Program-made: the position numbers and the translations under genes | From: Flavobacterium sp. | Lineage (GTDB): Bacteria; Bacteroidota; Bacteroidia; Flavobacteriales; Flavobacteriaceae | NCBI RefSeq assembly: GCF_041392005.1 | Contig: NZ_JAWKMX010000004.1 | Coordinates: 61,325-125,324, forward strand | Length of the DNA: 64,000 nucleotides | Direction: 5' to 3' | In this document: positions 10,701 through 21,207 of the stretch, one piece after another | Position numbering within the stretch: position 1 is the stretch's first letter | Layout of the letters: every line of letters begins with the position of its first letter | The notes under the pieces: generated by a model | What the model was told of the DNA's origin: nothing | What the model saw: only the letters and a program-made list of their open reading frames with translations | Databases searched by the model: none

Positions 10701-11396
10701 AATGCTATGTATTTAGCAGGTTTTGATGTAAAAGATGTGCACATGACCGATTTAATTTCGGGTCGTGAAACTTTAGAAGATATTCAATTTATTGGTGCTG
10801 TTGGTGGTTTTTCAAATTCTGATGTATTGGGTTCAGCAAAAGGTTGGGCGGGTGCTTTCTTATACAATGAAAAAGCCAATACCGCTTTAAAAAACTTCTT
10901 TAAAAGAGAAGATACATTATCTGTTGGAATTTGTAATGGTTGTCAACTTTTTATGGAATTAGAATTGATTAACCCTGAACATAACGTACATGGAAAAATG
11001 CAGCATAATACTTCTCAAAAACATGAAAGCGGTTTTACTTCAGTAAAAATTCAAAAAAATAATTCCGTAATGCTTTCATCTTTAGAAGGTACAACTTTAG
11101 GCGTTTGGATTTCTCACGGCGAAGGAAAATTCAATTTACCTTATGCTGAAGAAAACTATACTATTGTAGCCAAATATGCTTACGAAGGCTATCCTGCCAA
11201 TCCTAATGATTCAGACTATAATACTGCCATGTTATGTGATGCAACTGGAAGACATCTTGTAATGATGCCACATATCGAACGTTCTATTTTCCCTTGGAAT
11301 TGGGCATATTATCCAGAACGCAATCAAAAAGACGATGTTTCGCCTTGGCTAGAAGCATTTGTTAATGCACGTAAATGGATTGAAAATAAAAAATAA
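7713..11396 (+). CDS. purL: phosphoribosylformylglycinamidine synthase (large fused type)
   Basis: NSEHCRHKIFN, KAETHNFPT, IHDHGAGG, GFSNSDVLGSAKGW, GICNGCQ, MMPHIER motifs. Confidence 0.98.
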   Translation: MIHFFGNQSNTVYAVQTQNNLSNEDSNKLNWLFNSQQNNIYTKINSTEASLDAFFVGPRAAMVTPWSTNAVEITQNMGISGIIRIEEFHIVKEDFTDFDPMISQKYSQLNQNIFTINVQPEAILEIDDIAAYNNQEGLALSEEEVDYLYNLSKKIERKLTDSEIFAFSQANSEHCRHKIFNGTFIIDGEEKPSSLFKLIKKTSETNPNEIVSAYKDNVAFIKGPKATQFAPKSADKPDFYQETTFDSVLSLKAETHNFPTTVEPFNGAATGSGGEIRDRLAGGQGSLPLAGTAVYMTSYSRLEETRPWEKGMDERKWLYQTPMDILIKASNGASDFGNKFGQPLIAGSVLTFEHEEENRKIGYDKVIMQAGGIGYGKLDQAIKKEPKSGDKIVILGGENYRIGMGGAAVSSADTGAFGSGIELNAIQRSNPEMQKRAANAIRGLVESENNPIVSIHDHGAGGHLNCLSELVENTGGLIDLDKLPIGDPTLSAKEIIGNESQERMGLVIGNNDLDTLQKIAERERAPMYTVGNVTNDHRFTFESKTTGEKPMDYALEDFFGSSPKTIMNDKNIVHNYASPDYTISEIPNYLNQVLQLEAVACKDWLTNKVDRCVGGRVAKQQCAGPLQLPLNNVGVMALDFKGKEGIATSIGHSPISALVDPIAGSRNSIGEALSNLVWAPLKNGLQSVSLSANWMWPCKNEGEDARLYDAVQGCSDFAIELGINIPTGKDSLSMKQKYPNDEVIAPGTVIISAIGNCSNITKVVEPVLQRNGGNIYYLNLSQDTFKLGGSSFYQILNKVGSEVPTIKNADYFKKAFNTLQLLIKERKINAGHDIGSGGLITTLLEMSFAEVGVGANYDLSILGESDSVKALFNENIAVVFQADNEVEATFKANGIEIFNIGSVVEGDFVSINNGKDYFNFSIAETRDIWYKTSYLLDQKQSKNGMAEARYANYKNQPLHFTFPNNFDGKKPEIPAGTQPKAAIIREKGSNSEREMANAMYLAGFDVKDVHMTDLISGRETLEDIQFIGAVGGFSNSDVLGSAKGWAGAFLYNEKANTALKNFFKREDTLSVGICNGCQLFMELELINPEHNVHGKMQHNTSQKHESGFTSVKIQKNNSVMLSSLEGTTLGVWISHGEGKFNLPYAEENYTIVAKYAYEGYPANPNDSDYNTAMLCDATGRHLVMMPHIERSIFPWNWAYYPERNQKDDVSPWLEAFVNARKWIENKK

Positions 11397-11406
11397 ACAT
11401 ATAAAT

Positions 11407-12384
11407 ATGAAAAATTTACTACTATCAATTTTGATTGTATTCATTTCTTGTGATAGCGCTAATGAAGCACCAACAAATGAAACTAATAATGAAAACAATA
11501 ATAATCAAAACGAAGTGGTTACAGATACTTATAAAATTGTAACGGCAAACTCAGAAGGTAAAATTTTTGAAATCGGAAATAATACGGGAACAATAAATCA
11601 AATTGGGCAAATTACTACGCAAGACAATTTACTTATGTTAACATCTTTTATAAATTTCAATACTAAAATTATTTGTAAGGAAGCTAATATTCCTTTAGCC
11701 AATGTAATTTATGAGTATGACAAGGCAACAAATACTACATCAACCATAAATATTACTATTCCTAGCTCTGTAACCAGCACTATGAACGAACCTTTCTTAG
11801 CACAAATGACATTTGATGGTAATTCTATTCTTGCTGTTGTTAATGAGAATCTACCCAATAGCACACATCCAAGTAAAATAGTTGCCATTGACCCAGAAAC
11901 CTATACTATTACAGATTTGGAAATAAGTTTTTATCAAGTAGGCATAACGTCATTGGTATATGCAAATGATAAATTATACATGTCTTCATTAAACAACGGA
12001 ATTTTAGAAGTAGATCTTAATTTAAAAACTGTAACCCAAATTACCACAACGGTTGGCGCATCAACATTAGCTAAAATTGATAACACAACTTTGTCTTATA
12101 CTCAATTAGGAGGTACAAATTGGGTAAATGCTTGTAAACCTTTTGAAATAAACCTAACAAATAATGTTGTAACCGATAAGTCGCAAAACACATTTTACAG
12201 TCTTGGCAACATTTATTCTAATGGATTTTGTACAGACGAAGAAGTTTTAAATTTAGTATTTAAACAAACAAATCAATTTGGACTTTTAAAATTAAACTAT
12301 ACAACAAATGAAGTAAAATTTGTTGCCATTAATCAAAATAGCATAAGTGTAAACGCTGTTATTATTGATAAGAAAAATTTATAA
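11407..12384 (+). CDS. hypothetical beta-rich (propeller-like) lipoprotein
   Basis: ATG at 11407 gives MKNLLLSILIVFISC (lipobox), an Asn-rich linker and then repeated beta strands. Confidence 0.7.
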   Translation: MKNLLLSILIVFISCDSANEAPTNETNNENNNNQNEVVTDTYKIVTANSEGKIFEIGNNTGTINQIGQITTQDNLLMLTSFINFNTKIICKEANIPLANVIYEYDKATNTTSTINITIPSSVTSTMNEPFLAQMTFDGNSILAVVNENLPNSTHPSKIVAIDPETYTITDLEISFYQVGITSLVYANDKLYMSSLNNGILEVDLNLKTVTQITTTVGASTLAKIDNTTLSYTQLGGTNWVNACKPFEINLTNNVVTDKSQNTFYSLGNIYSNGFCTDEEVLNLVFKQTNQFGLLKLNYTTNEVKFVAINQNSISVNAVIIDKKNL

Positions 12385-12531
12385 ACATACATTATAAAAA
12401 AATAAATTATTTAGTATGCATACATAATATACTAAAGTTCAATATTTTAAAAAACACCTATTAACATATTCATAAAAAATTGGTTAATTAATGAAATTTT
12501 CATAATTTGCATCACACATTAATTGCAAAAT

Positions 12532-14304
12532 ATGAACAATATTAACCGCTTATTTGATTTTCCATATTATCAATTGGAAAAATACCCGCTATCAGACGCA
12601 TTAGTAACCAAGTATGGAAACGAATGGGTTAAAACATCTACTCAAGAATATATTGACAAGGCCAATTGCATTTCCAGAGCTTTTCTGCGTTTAGGCTTAA
12701 ATAAAAATGAAAAAGTTGCCATTATTTCTTCAAATAATAGAACCGAATGGCATATTTGCGATATTGGTGTTTTACAAACAGGCGCACAAACTGTACCTAT
12801 TTACCCAACCATTTCCGAAGACGATTACGAATACATTTTAAACCATTCCGAATCGTCGTATTGTTTGGTTTCTGATGAAGAAGTGTTAAATAAAGTAAAT
12901 GCTATTAAACATAAAGTTGCATCATTAAAAGAAGTTTATACTTTTAATGAAATTGAAAATGCTAAAAATTGGAAAGAACTGCTAGAATTAGGTAAAGAAA
13001 CTTCCAATCAAGATGTAGTTGAAGATAGAAAGAACAGCATTAAAACCGAAGATTTGGCAACAATTATTTATACTTCGGGAACAACAGGAAGACCAAAAGG
13101 AGTTATGTTAACCCATCAAAATATTGTTTCAGATGTACTTATGAGTGCACCACGAGTACCATTAGTTAAAGGACAGGCAAAAGCCTTAAGTTTTTTACCA
13201 ATTTGTCATATTTTCGAACGTATGATTTTATACCTCTACCAATATTATGGTATATCGGTTTATTTTGCAGAAAGCATCGAAAAAATGTCAGAAAATTTAA
13301 AAGAGGTAAAACCCAATGTAATGACTGTGGTACCACGTTTGCTTGAAAAAGTGTACGACAAAATTTACGCTAAAGGAACCGATTTAACAGGTATAAAAAA
13401 GAAACTTTTCTTTTGGGCACTCGATTTAGGAATGCAGTACAAACCTAATAATGAAAACGACTTTTTATACAATTTAAAATTAAAAATAGCACGCAAACTC
13501 ATTTTCTCAAAATGGCAAGAAGCTCTAGGTGGCCAACTCGATGTTTTAGTTTGTGGAAGTGCGGCCTTACAAGAACGTTTGGCTCGAGTCTTTTCGGCAG
13601 CAGGCATTCCAGTTCTTGAAGGTTATGGTCTAACCGAAACTTCACCCGTAATTTCGGTAAATGAGCTAAATAACAAAGGTGTTCGTTTTGGTTCTGTGGG
13701 TCGCGTTTTACAAGGTGTAGAAGTTAAAATTGCCGAAGATGGCGAAATTCTTTGTAAAGGTCCAAATGTAATGATAGGTTACTATAAAGACCAAGAAAAA
13801 ACAGATGAAGCTATTAAAAATGGCTATTTTCATACAGGCGATATTGGCGTAATCGATAGCGATGGTTTCTTAAAAATAACCGACCGTAAAAAGGAAATGT
13901 TCAAAACTTCTGGCGGAAAATATGTTGCGCCTCAAGTTTTAGAAAATAGCTTTAAACAATCGCGATTTATCGAACAAATAATGGTAATCGGCGAAGGGCA
14001 AAAAATGCCAGCCGCTTTTATTCAACCTAGTTTTGAATTTTTGGCCGAATGGGCAAAACGAAAAAATATTGAACTAGGAAATACACCAGAAGACATTATA
14101 AAAAATGAACGCGTTATAAAACGTTTCCAAAAAGAACTAGATCGTGTAAATGAAAATTTTGGTAATTGGGAAAAAGTAAAAAAATTCGAGCTAACACCAG
14201 ATATTTGGTCTATCGAGTCAGGGCATTTAACACCAACTATGAAATTAAAACGAAAAATAATACTAGAAAAATATAAAGATTTATACCACAAAATTTATAG
14301 TTAA
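12532..14304 (+). CDS. fadD: long-chain fatty acid--CoA ligase
   Basis: IIYTSGTTGRPKG, EGYGLTETSP, YFHTGDIG, KITDRKK, LTPTMKLKR adenylate-forming motifs. Confidence 0.92.
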   Translation: MNNINRLFDFPYYQLEKYPLSDALVTKYGNEWVKTSTQEYIDKANCISRAFLRLGLNKNEKVAIISSNNRTEWHICDIGVLQTGAQTVPIYPTISEDDYEYILNHSESSYCLVSDEEVLNKVNAIKHKVASLKEVYTFNEIENAKNWKELLELGKETSNQDVVEDRKNSIKTEDLATIIYTSGTTGRPKGVMLTHQNIVSDVLMSAPRVPLVKGQAKALSFLPICHIFERMILYLYQYYGISVYFAESIEKMSENLKEVKPNVMTVVPRLLEKVYDKIYAKGTDLTGIKKKLFFWALDLGMQYKPNNENDFLYNLKLKIARKLIFSKWQEALGGQLDVLVCGSAALQERLARVFSAAGIPVLEGYGLTETSPVISVNELNNKGVRFGSVGRVLQGVEVKIAEDGEILCKGPNVMIGYYKDQEKTDEAIKNGYFHTGDIGVIDSDGFLKITDRKKEMFKTSGGKYVAPQVLENSFKQSRFIEQIMVIGEGQKMPAAFIQPSFEFLAEWAKRKNIELGNTPEDIIKNERVIKRFQKELDRVNENFGNWEKVKKFELTPDIWSIESGHLTPTMKLKRKIILEKYKDLYHKIYS

Positions 14305-14350
14305 ACCTTTATATTTAGTTACTTAAATTAAAAAATAATAAAATTTTATT

Positions 14351-14378
14351 AAAAATACTATGCGCGCATAGTATTTTT
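14351..14378. promoter_or_regulatory. perfect 28-bp palindrome, putative MarR operator
   Basis: AAAAATACTATGCGCGCATAGTATTTTT lies immediately before the -7 box TATATTTG (14382..14389) of marR. Confidence 0.7.
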
Positions 14379-14407
14379 TTTTATATTTGAACAATTATCT
14401 AAAATAA

Positions 14408-14854
14408 ATGAAGGATAAAACAATTGATTACGCTTTAAGAGCTACTTGGCAAGCTGTATCGAGAATGTATAATGAAGAAGCTACAAAATATGGCGCAACA
14501 ATGGCAACAGGTTTTGCATTATTAAGTATTGATAGAGAAAATGGCACACCATCAACAGCCCTTGGGCCAAAAATGGGAATGGAAGCCACAAGCTTAACTA
14601 GAACCTTAAAATCGATGGAAGAACGCGGATTAATCATAAGAAAAAAAAATCCAGACGACGGCAGAGGTGTATTAATACATTTAACAAAAGAAGGGCTAGA
14701 AAAAAGAGAACTTTCAAAAAATACGGTTTTAAAATTTAACGAGGTAATTAAAAATAATGTATCCAAAGAAAAATTAAATCATTTTATGGAAGTTGCCGAA
14801 TTAATTAACGATTTAATATCCGACAAAAAAATTTTTAACAACACATCAAAATAA
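14408..14854 (+). CDS. MarR family transcriptional regulator of the beta-oxidation operon
   Basis: wHTH: PSTALGPKMGMEATSLTRTLKSMEERGLI..DGRGVLIHLTKEG. Confidence 0.92.
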   Translation: MKDKTIDYALRATWQAVSRMYNEEATKYGATMATGFALLSIDRENGTPSTALGPKMGMEATSLTRTLKSMEERGLIIRKKNPDDGRGVLIHLTKEGLEKRELSKNTVLKFNEVIKNNVSKEKLNHFMEVAELINDLISDKKIFNNTSK

Positions 14855-14866
14855 ATCATTTATATA

Positions 14867-17248
14867 ATGAAAAGAAATATTAAAAAAGTAGCCGTAATTG
14901 GTTCAGGTATTATGGGAAGTGGCATCGCTTGTCATTTTGCCAATATTGGCGTAGAAGTGCTACTACTCGACATTGTTCCAAAAGAACTTACGGAAACTGA
15001 ACAAAAAAAAGGTTTATCATTAGAAAATAAATTAGTTCGCAACCGAATTGTAAATGAACATTTAACCAATGCTCTAAAATCGAAACCTTCTCCTATTTAT
15101 CATCAAAGTTTTGCCAACCGAATTACGACTGGTAATACTACTGATGACATGGCTAAAATTGCAGAAGCCGATTGGATTATTGAAGTAGTTGTGGAACGTT
15201 TAGATATTAAAAAATTGGTTTTTGAACAAGTTGAAAAATATCGAAAACCAGGAACATTAATTACAACCAATACTTCTGGAATTCCTATTCATTTTATGAG
15301 TGAAGGTAGAAGCGATGATTTTCAACAACATTTTTGCGGAACCCACTTTTTTAATCCGGCACGTTATTTAAAATTATTTGAAATTATTCCAGGACCAAAA
15401 ACTTCACAAGAAACGCTTGATTTTTTAAATGGTTATGGCGAAAAATTCCTTGGAAAAACATCGGTTGTTGCCAAAGATACTCCAGCATTTATAGGTAATC
15501 GAATCGGAATTTTTGGCATTATGAGTTTATTTCATCAAGTAAAAGAGATGAATTTAACCATTGAAGAAGTTGATAAATTAACTGGTCCAGTTATTGGTCG
15601 TCCAAAATCAGCAACGTTTCGTACGGTCGATGTTGTTGGTTTAGATACTTTGGTGCATGTAGCCAACGGAATTTTTGAAAATTGTCCTAATGATGAAGCG
15701 CATAATTTATTCAAATTGCCAGATTTCATTGATACGATGATGAAAAATAATTGGTTAGGAAGTAAAACTGGGCAAGGTTTTTATAAAAAAGTAGATAAAG
15801 ATATTCTTTCACTAGATTTAAATACATTAGAGTATCGACCAAATAAAAAAGCGTCTTTTGCGACTTTAGAGCTTACTAAAACTATCGATAAACCTATTAA
15901 TCGATTCAAAGTTTTAGTTGGTGGTAAAGATAAAGCAGGCGAATTTTACCGAAAAAACTTCTCGGCAATGTTTGCTTACTGCTCAAACAGAATTCCTGAA
16001 ATCACGGATGCCTTATACAAAATTGATGATGCTATGAAAGCTGGATTCGGTTGGGAAAATGGTCCATTCGAAATTTGGGATGCAATTGGTGTTGAAAAAG
16101 GTATCGAAATGATGAAAGCTGAAGGTTATGAACCAGCTTCATGGGTAAATGAAATGATAGCTTCAGGAACGACTTCTTTTTATTCTGTAAAAGATGGCGC
16201 CACTAATTACTACGCTATTTCTTCCAAATCAGTTGAAAAAATTCCTGGACAAGATGCTTTTATCATTTTAAATAATATAAGAGAAAATAAAAAAGTTTGG
16301 AATAACAACGAATCCATAATTACTGATTTAGGCGATGGTGTTTTAAATTTAGAATTTACTTCAAAAATGAATTCTATTGGTGCTGGTGTACTTCAAGGAA
16401 TTAATAAAGCAATCGATTTAGCCGAAAAAAATTATAATGGTTTAGTCATTGGCAATCAAGATGCTAACTTTTCAGTGGGTGCCAATTTAGGTATGATTTT
16501 TATGATGGCAGTAGAACAAGAATACGATTTAAATGAATTTGGCTATCAAAATGTTTCAAGATACGATGATGCGTTGTCGCTATCTTGGCACACTGGTAAT
16601 TGCTGCCCACACAATGGACATTGGGTGGTGATGAATTAACCATACGCCGACCGAGCTGTTGCAGCAGAAACGTATATCAGATTAGTCGAATTGGTGTATT
16701 AATTCCTGGTGGTGGCGGATCTAAAGAATGGCATTACGTGCAGCTGATACTTCGGTAAAATGATGTTGAACTAAACGTTTTACAAGAATATTTCTAATCG
16801 TTGGTATGGCGGTGTTGCAACATCAGTGAGCATGAAGGTTTTGATACTCGGAGTTTTACAAAAGTAAGACGCGATATAGTAGTAGTAAAGAAAGATCGTC
16901 AAACAGAATCTGCAAAACAAGTAGCTTACAATGGCCGAACAAGGTTATATGCAAACTGTAAAACGAGAAAAGATATAAAAAGTATTTGGGAAAACAAGCA
17001 TTAGGTATGTCTTTAGTAGGAACTGATAGTATGGTGTTTGGGAAATACATATCGGCTCATTGATAAAAAATTGCACAAACAGCTGGTGACGGCAGGTGGC
17101 GATTTGTCAGAAACCGAATTTGAAGAAGGTAAACAATATTTTATTAGATTTTGAAAGAGGGAAGCATTTTTAAGTTTAACTGCTGAACGAAAAACTTTAG
17201 AACGCATTCACATATGTTAGAACTAAAGGGAAGCCGCTTAGAAATTAG
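14867..17248 (+). pseudogene. fadN: 3-hydroxyacyl-CoA dehydrogenase/enoyl-CoA hydratase (FadN-like); apparent multiple frameshifts after about 16525, probably sequence error
   Basis: VAVIGSGIMGSGIA, HFFNP and FIGNRIG motifs; the hydratase half is recoverable in shifting frames and ends ..KPLRN* (TAG at 17246..17248). Confidence 0.85.
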
Positions 17249-17317
17249 TATCAAGTAATAAAAATTAAGTATTAAGACAATTATTTCTCTTTCTTCTTTC
17301 ATCTAAAATAAATTAAA

Positions 17318-18507
17318 ATGAAAACAGCATATATAGTAAAAGCATATCGTACTGCCGTTGGAAAAGCTCCAAAAGGATTATTCCGATTCAAAAGACCCGA
17401 TGAATTGGCAGCTGAAACCATTGATTATTTAATAAATCAATTACCCAATTTTGATAAAACCCGTATAGATGATGTAATGGTTGGAAATGCCATGCCCGAA
17501 GCCGAACAAGGTTTAAATATGGGGCGTTTAATTTTTATTGATGGGTTTGAAATGCACCCGATGATGTTCCAGGTAACAGTAAATCGCTATTGTGCTTCTT
17601 GGTTCAGAACACCAGCGGAGTGGCAACTGCAAAATCGTTGGCATGGTTTGATTGTATTATTGCTGGTGGTGCTGAAAGTATGAGTTATATACCATGGGTG
17701 TTTACAAACCAACTCCTGATTATAAAATCGCCAAAGAAGGTCATGAAGATTATTATTGGGAATGGGTTTAACCGCAGAAGCTGTCGCTAAACAATTTAAT
17801 GTTTCTCGTGACGATCAAGATGAATTTTGTATCAATCGCACATGAAAGCTTTAAAAGCACAAGCAGAAGGTAAATTTGATAACCAAATTGTTCCTATTTC
17901 AGTAGAGCATACATTTGTTAATGAAAAAGGTAAAAAAGAAACCACTTCTTATACGGTTTCAAAAGATGAAGGGCCAAGAGCAGGAACTTCAGTACAAGCA
18001 TTAGCAGGATTAAAACCTGTTTTTGCTGATGGAAGTGTAACTGCTGGAAATTCATCGCAAATGAGTGATGGCGCTGCTTTTGTTTTAATTATGAGTGAAG
18101 AAATGGTAAAAGAATTAAATCTTGAACCAATTGCACGATTAGTAAATTATGCAGCAGCAGGTGTTGAGCCACGTATAATGGGAATTGGCCCTGTAAAAGC
18201 AATTCCAAAAGCACTAAAACAAGCAGGTTTAAAACAATCAGATATTGAATTAATTGAATTGAATGAAGCCTTTGCTTCACAGTCATTAGCAGTTATTCGT
18301 GAACTCGACTTAAACCCAGAAATAATCAATGTTAATGGCGGTGCTATAGCTTTAGGACATCCATTGGGTTGTACAGGTGCCAAATTAGCCGTTCAATTAT
18401 TCGATGAAATGCGTTTACGTAATAACAAATACGGAATGGTTACCATGTGTGTAGGAACAGGACAAGGAGCAGCGGCAATGAGAATTATTATAAATGTTGA
18501 ATTTTAA
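17318..18507 (+). pseudogene. fadA: acetyl-CoA C-acyltransferase (thiolase); apparent frameshifts, probably sequence error
   Basis: AYRTAVGKA, VNRYCAS, IIAGGAESMS, ELNEAFASQ, GGAIALGHPLG, MCVGTGQG motifs spread across several frames. Confidence 0.85.
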
Positions 18508-18510
18508 ATT

Positions 18511-18847
18511 ATGAAGGGTGATAATTTAATAGCTAATAAAATCTTTGAATTTTCAATTAACAATTATTGCACTTTATATTCTATTAAAAGGAAAGTAATT
18601 TGTCATTTCAGCAACTTTGAAAACTGGAACAAGTATTGGTGTTAATATAGAAGAAGCTATTGCAGCACAATCTAAAAAGATTTATTAGTAAATGTCAATC
18701 GCTTCCAAGGAGGCAAGAGAAACAAAATATTGGTTAAAATTATTAGATAAATCAGAATTAACAAAAGTTGGATGTATCACCTCATCTTGAGAAATTGAAC
18801 ATATAATAAATATTATTGCCAAAATAATAATAACATCAAAAAAATAA
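18511..18847 (+). pseudogene. four-helix-bundle protein (23S rRNA IVP / TIGR02436 family); apparent frameshifts
   Basis: Reconstructable across frames: MKGDNLIANKS.. GTSIG.NIEEAIAAQSKKD.. KMSIASKEARETKYWLKLLDKSEL.. EIEHIINIIAKIIITSKK*. Confidence 0.8.
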
Positions 18848-18882
18848 TAAAACATTTAAAATTCATTTAAAATAACAACACT

Positions 18883-20658
18883 ATGGCTGATATACTAAGA
18901 GGAGGTCAATCTTTGTTAAAGAAACTAAATGTGAAGACGTTTTCACACCCGGAAGATTTCTCGGAAGAACAAATCATGATGCGCGATTCGCTATCGAATT
19001 CGTAGATAAATAATTATGGCCGTTTAAAGAACGTTTCGAAAAAAAGATTATGCCTTACGGAAGAAGTAATGCGCAAAGCAGGTGAATTGGGGCTATTTAA
19101 GTGTAGCGGTTCCTGGTGCTTATGAAGTGATTGAATGGGTTTCATCAATACCGTTTTGGTTTGCGATTATATCTCTGGAGCAACTGCCTATTTTCAACAG
19201 CTTTGGAGCTCATACCGAATTGGTACCATGCCAATAACCTTATACGGTACAGAAGAACAAAAACAAAAATATGTACCAAAATTGGCTTCGGGAGAATGGT
19301 TTGGTGCGTACTGCTTAACTGAACCGGGTGCAGGATCTGATGCCAATTCAGGGAAAACCAAAGCCGTTTTATCTGAAGATGGTACACATTACAAAATTAC
19401 TGGTGGCAAAATGTGGATTTCAAATGCGGGATTTTGTTCATTATTTATAGTATTTGCTCGTATTGAAGATGATAAAAACATCACTGGATTTATTGTAGAA
19501 AATGATCCTTCAAACGGAATTTCTCTTGGTGAAGAAGAGCATAAATTAGGAATTCGCTCCTCTTCTACTCGACAAGTATTTTTTAATGAAACAAAAGTTC
19601 CTGTAGAAAATATGCTAGCATAGTCGTGGTGAAGGGTTTAAAATTGCTATGAATGCGCTCAATGTTGGTCGTATAAAATTAGCAGCCGCTTGTCTTGAAG
19701 CACAAAGAAGAACGATTTCTACAGCGGTAAATTATGCTAATGAACGATTTCAGTTTAATGTCCCAATTTCTAGTTTTGGTGCTATTCAAGCCAAATTAGC
19801 AGAAATGGCAACCAATGCTTATGCTGGAGAAAGTGCCACTTACCGTGCAGCAGCTGACATTCAAAAAAGAATTGAAATTCGTGAAAATGAAGGTAATTCA
19901 CATCAAGAAGCTGAATTAAAAGGTGTTGAAGAATTTGCTATAGAATGTTCTATTTTGAAAGTAGCCGTTTCTGAAGACGTACAACATTGCACCGATGAAG
20001 GAATTCAAATTTTTGGTGGCATGGGCTTTTCTGAAGATGCACCTATGGAAAGTGCTTGGCGCGATGCTCGTATTGCTCGTATTTACGAAGGTACAAACGA
20101 AATTAATCGCATGCTTTCCGTAGGAATGTTGATTAAAAAAGCAATGAAAAGACATGTTGATTTATTAGTCCGCTGTAGCAGAAGAACGATGGCAATTCAT
20201 CATTTGATGTACCCGACTATTCGGAATTATTTACTGAAGAAAAAGAAATGATTGCCAAATTGAAAAAAGCGTTTTTAATGGTATCGGGAGCAGCGGTGCA
20301 AAAATATGGTCCAGAATTAGAATCGCACCAACAATTATTGATGGCAGCAGCCGATATGTTGATTGAAATTTATATGGCAGAAAGCACGCTTTTACGTACC
20401 GAAAAATTGGTTAAAAAAGTAGGTCAAGATAAGGCACAAGAACAAATTGCCATGGCACAATTGTATTTGTACAATGCGGTAGATATCATTAATCAAAAAG
20501 GAAAAGAAGGTATTGTTTCATTTGCAGAAGGAGATGAACAACGCATGATGCTTATGGGCTTACGCCGTTTTACAAAATATGTAAATATGCCCAATGTTGT
20601 GGCATTAAGAAATAAAATTGCTGAAAAAGTAATTGCTGAAAATGCGTATTGCTTTTAA
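18883..20658 (+). pseudogene. acyl-CoA dehydrogenase (FadE-like, about 590 aa); apparent frameshifts, probably sequence error
   Basis: YCLTEPGAGSDA, ITGGKMWISNAG, KLGIRSSST, LNVGRIKLAA, QIFGGMGF, RIARIYEGTNEI motifs across ORFs 19135, 19649 and 20248. Confidence 0.85.
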
Positions 20659-20684
20659 TTGCAAATTTTGGTTTAGTTTGTTTT

Positions 20685-20713
20685 AAAAATGCAGTCTATA
20701 GGCTGCATTTTTT
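20685..20713 (+). terminator. intrinsic terminator of the fad operon
   Basis: aaaaatgcagtc-tata-ggctgcatttttt. Confidence 0.8.
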
Positions 20714-20791
20714 GCTTTCTATAACTTTTCTTAATAAAATTCAGAATATCTTTGAAATTAAAATTTTAGATTTTGTAATTTTACATCTATT

Positions 20792-21124
20792 ATGGATTTA
20801 CAAGAACAATTAAAAAAACTTTTTCCTAATCATCAAGCTTCAACTGAAGTTGAAAAAACAGAAGAAAAAGAGCACATATTATATGTTCAAAAAGAGCCTA
20901 TGATTTGTAAATATGAAAAAAGAAAAGGAAAACCTACAACTATAATTTCGGGTTACGAAGGCGAAGATGAAGACTTTAAACTGTTAGCAAAAGAAATTAA
21001 AAGCAAACTAGCCGTTGGTGGAAGTTTTAAAGAAGGCGAAATTATTATTCAAGGCGATTATCGCGATAAAATAATGAAATTACTACAAGATAAAGGATTT
21101 AAAACCAAGCGCGTAGGTGGGTAA
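20792..21124 (+). CDS. translation initiation factor SUI1/YciH family
   Basis: EKRKGKPTTII, KLAVGGSFKEGEIIIQGDYRDKI. Confidence 0.9.
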   Translation: MDLQEQLKKLFPNHQASTEVEKTEEKEHILYVQKEPMICKYEKRKGKPTTIISGYEGEDEDFKLLAKEIKSKLAVGGSFKEGEIIIQGDYRDKIMKLLQDKGFKTKRVGG

Positions 21125-21207
21125 ATTCAATTTTTGAATTACGAATTACGAATTATAAATTACAAATTGCTTAACGTTTTTTGCCTAAAGCATAATACAT
21201 AAATAAA

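Noticed and set aside
11359-11406. Upstream start of the lipoprotein ORF overlapping purL
   Set aside because: The ATG at 11407 gives a canonical lipoprotein signal peptide.
18511-18847. Diversity-generating retroelement, because four-helix-bundle proteins resemble Avd
   Set aside because: No reverse transcriptase and no TR/VR repeat pair with adenine-specific mismatches in the window.
16525-20250. Programmed frameshifting or TAG readthrough (e.g. the in-frame TAG at 19621) in the fad operon
   Set aside because: Breaks are numerous, irregular and mixed with substitutions; no slippery-site or stimulator pattern; best explained as sequence error.
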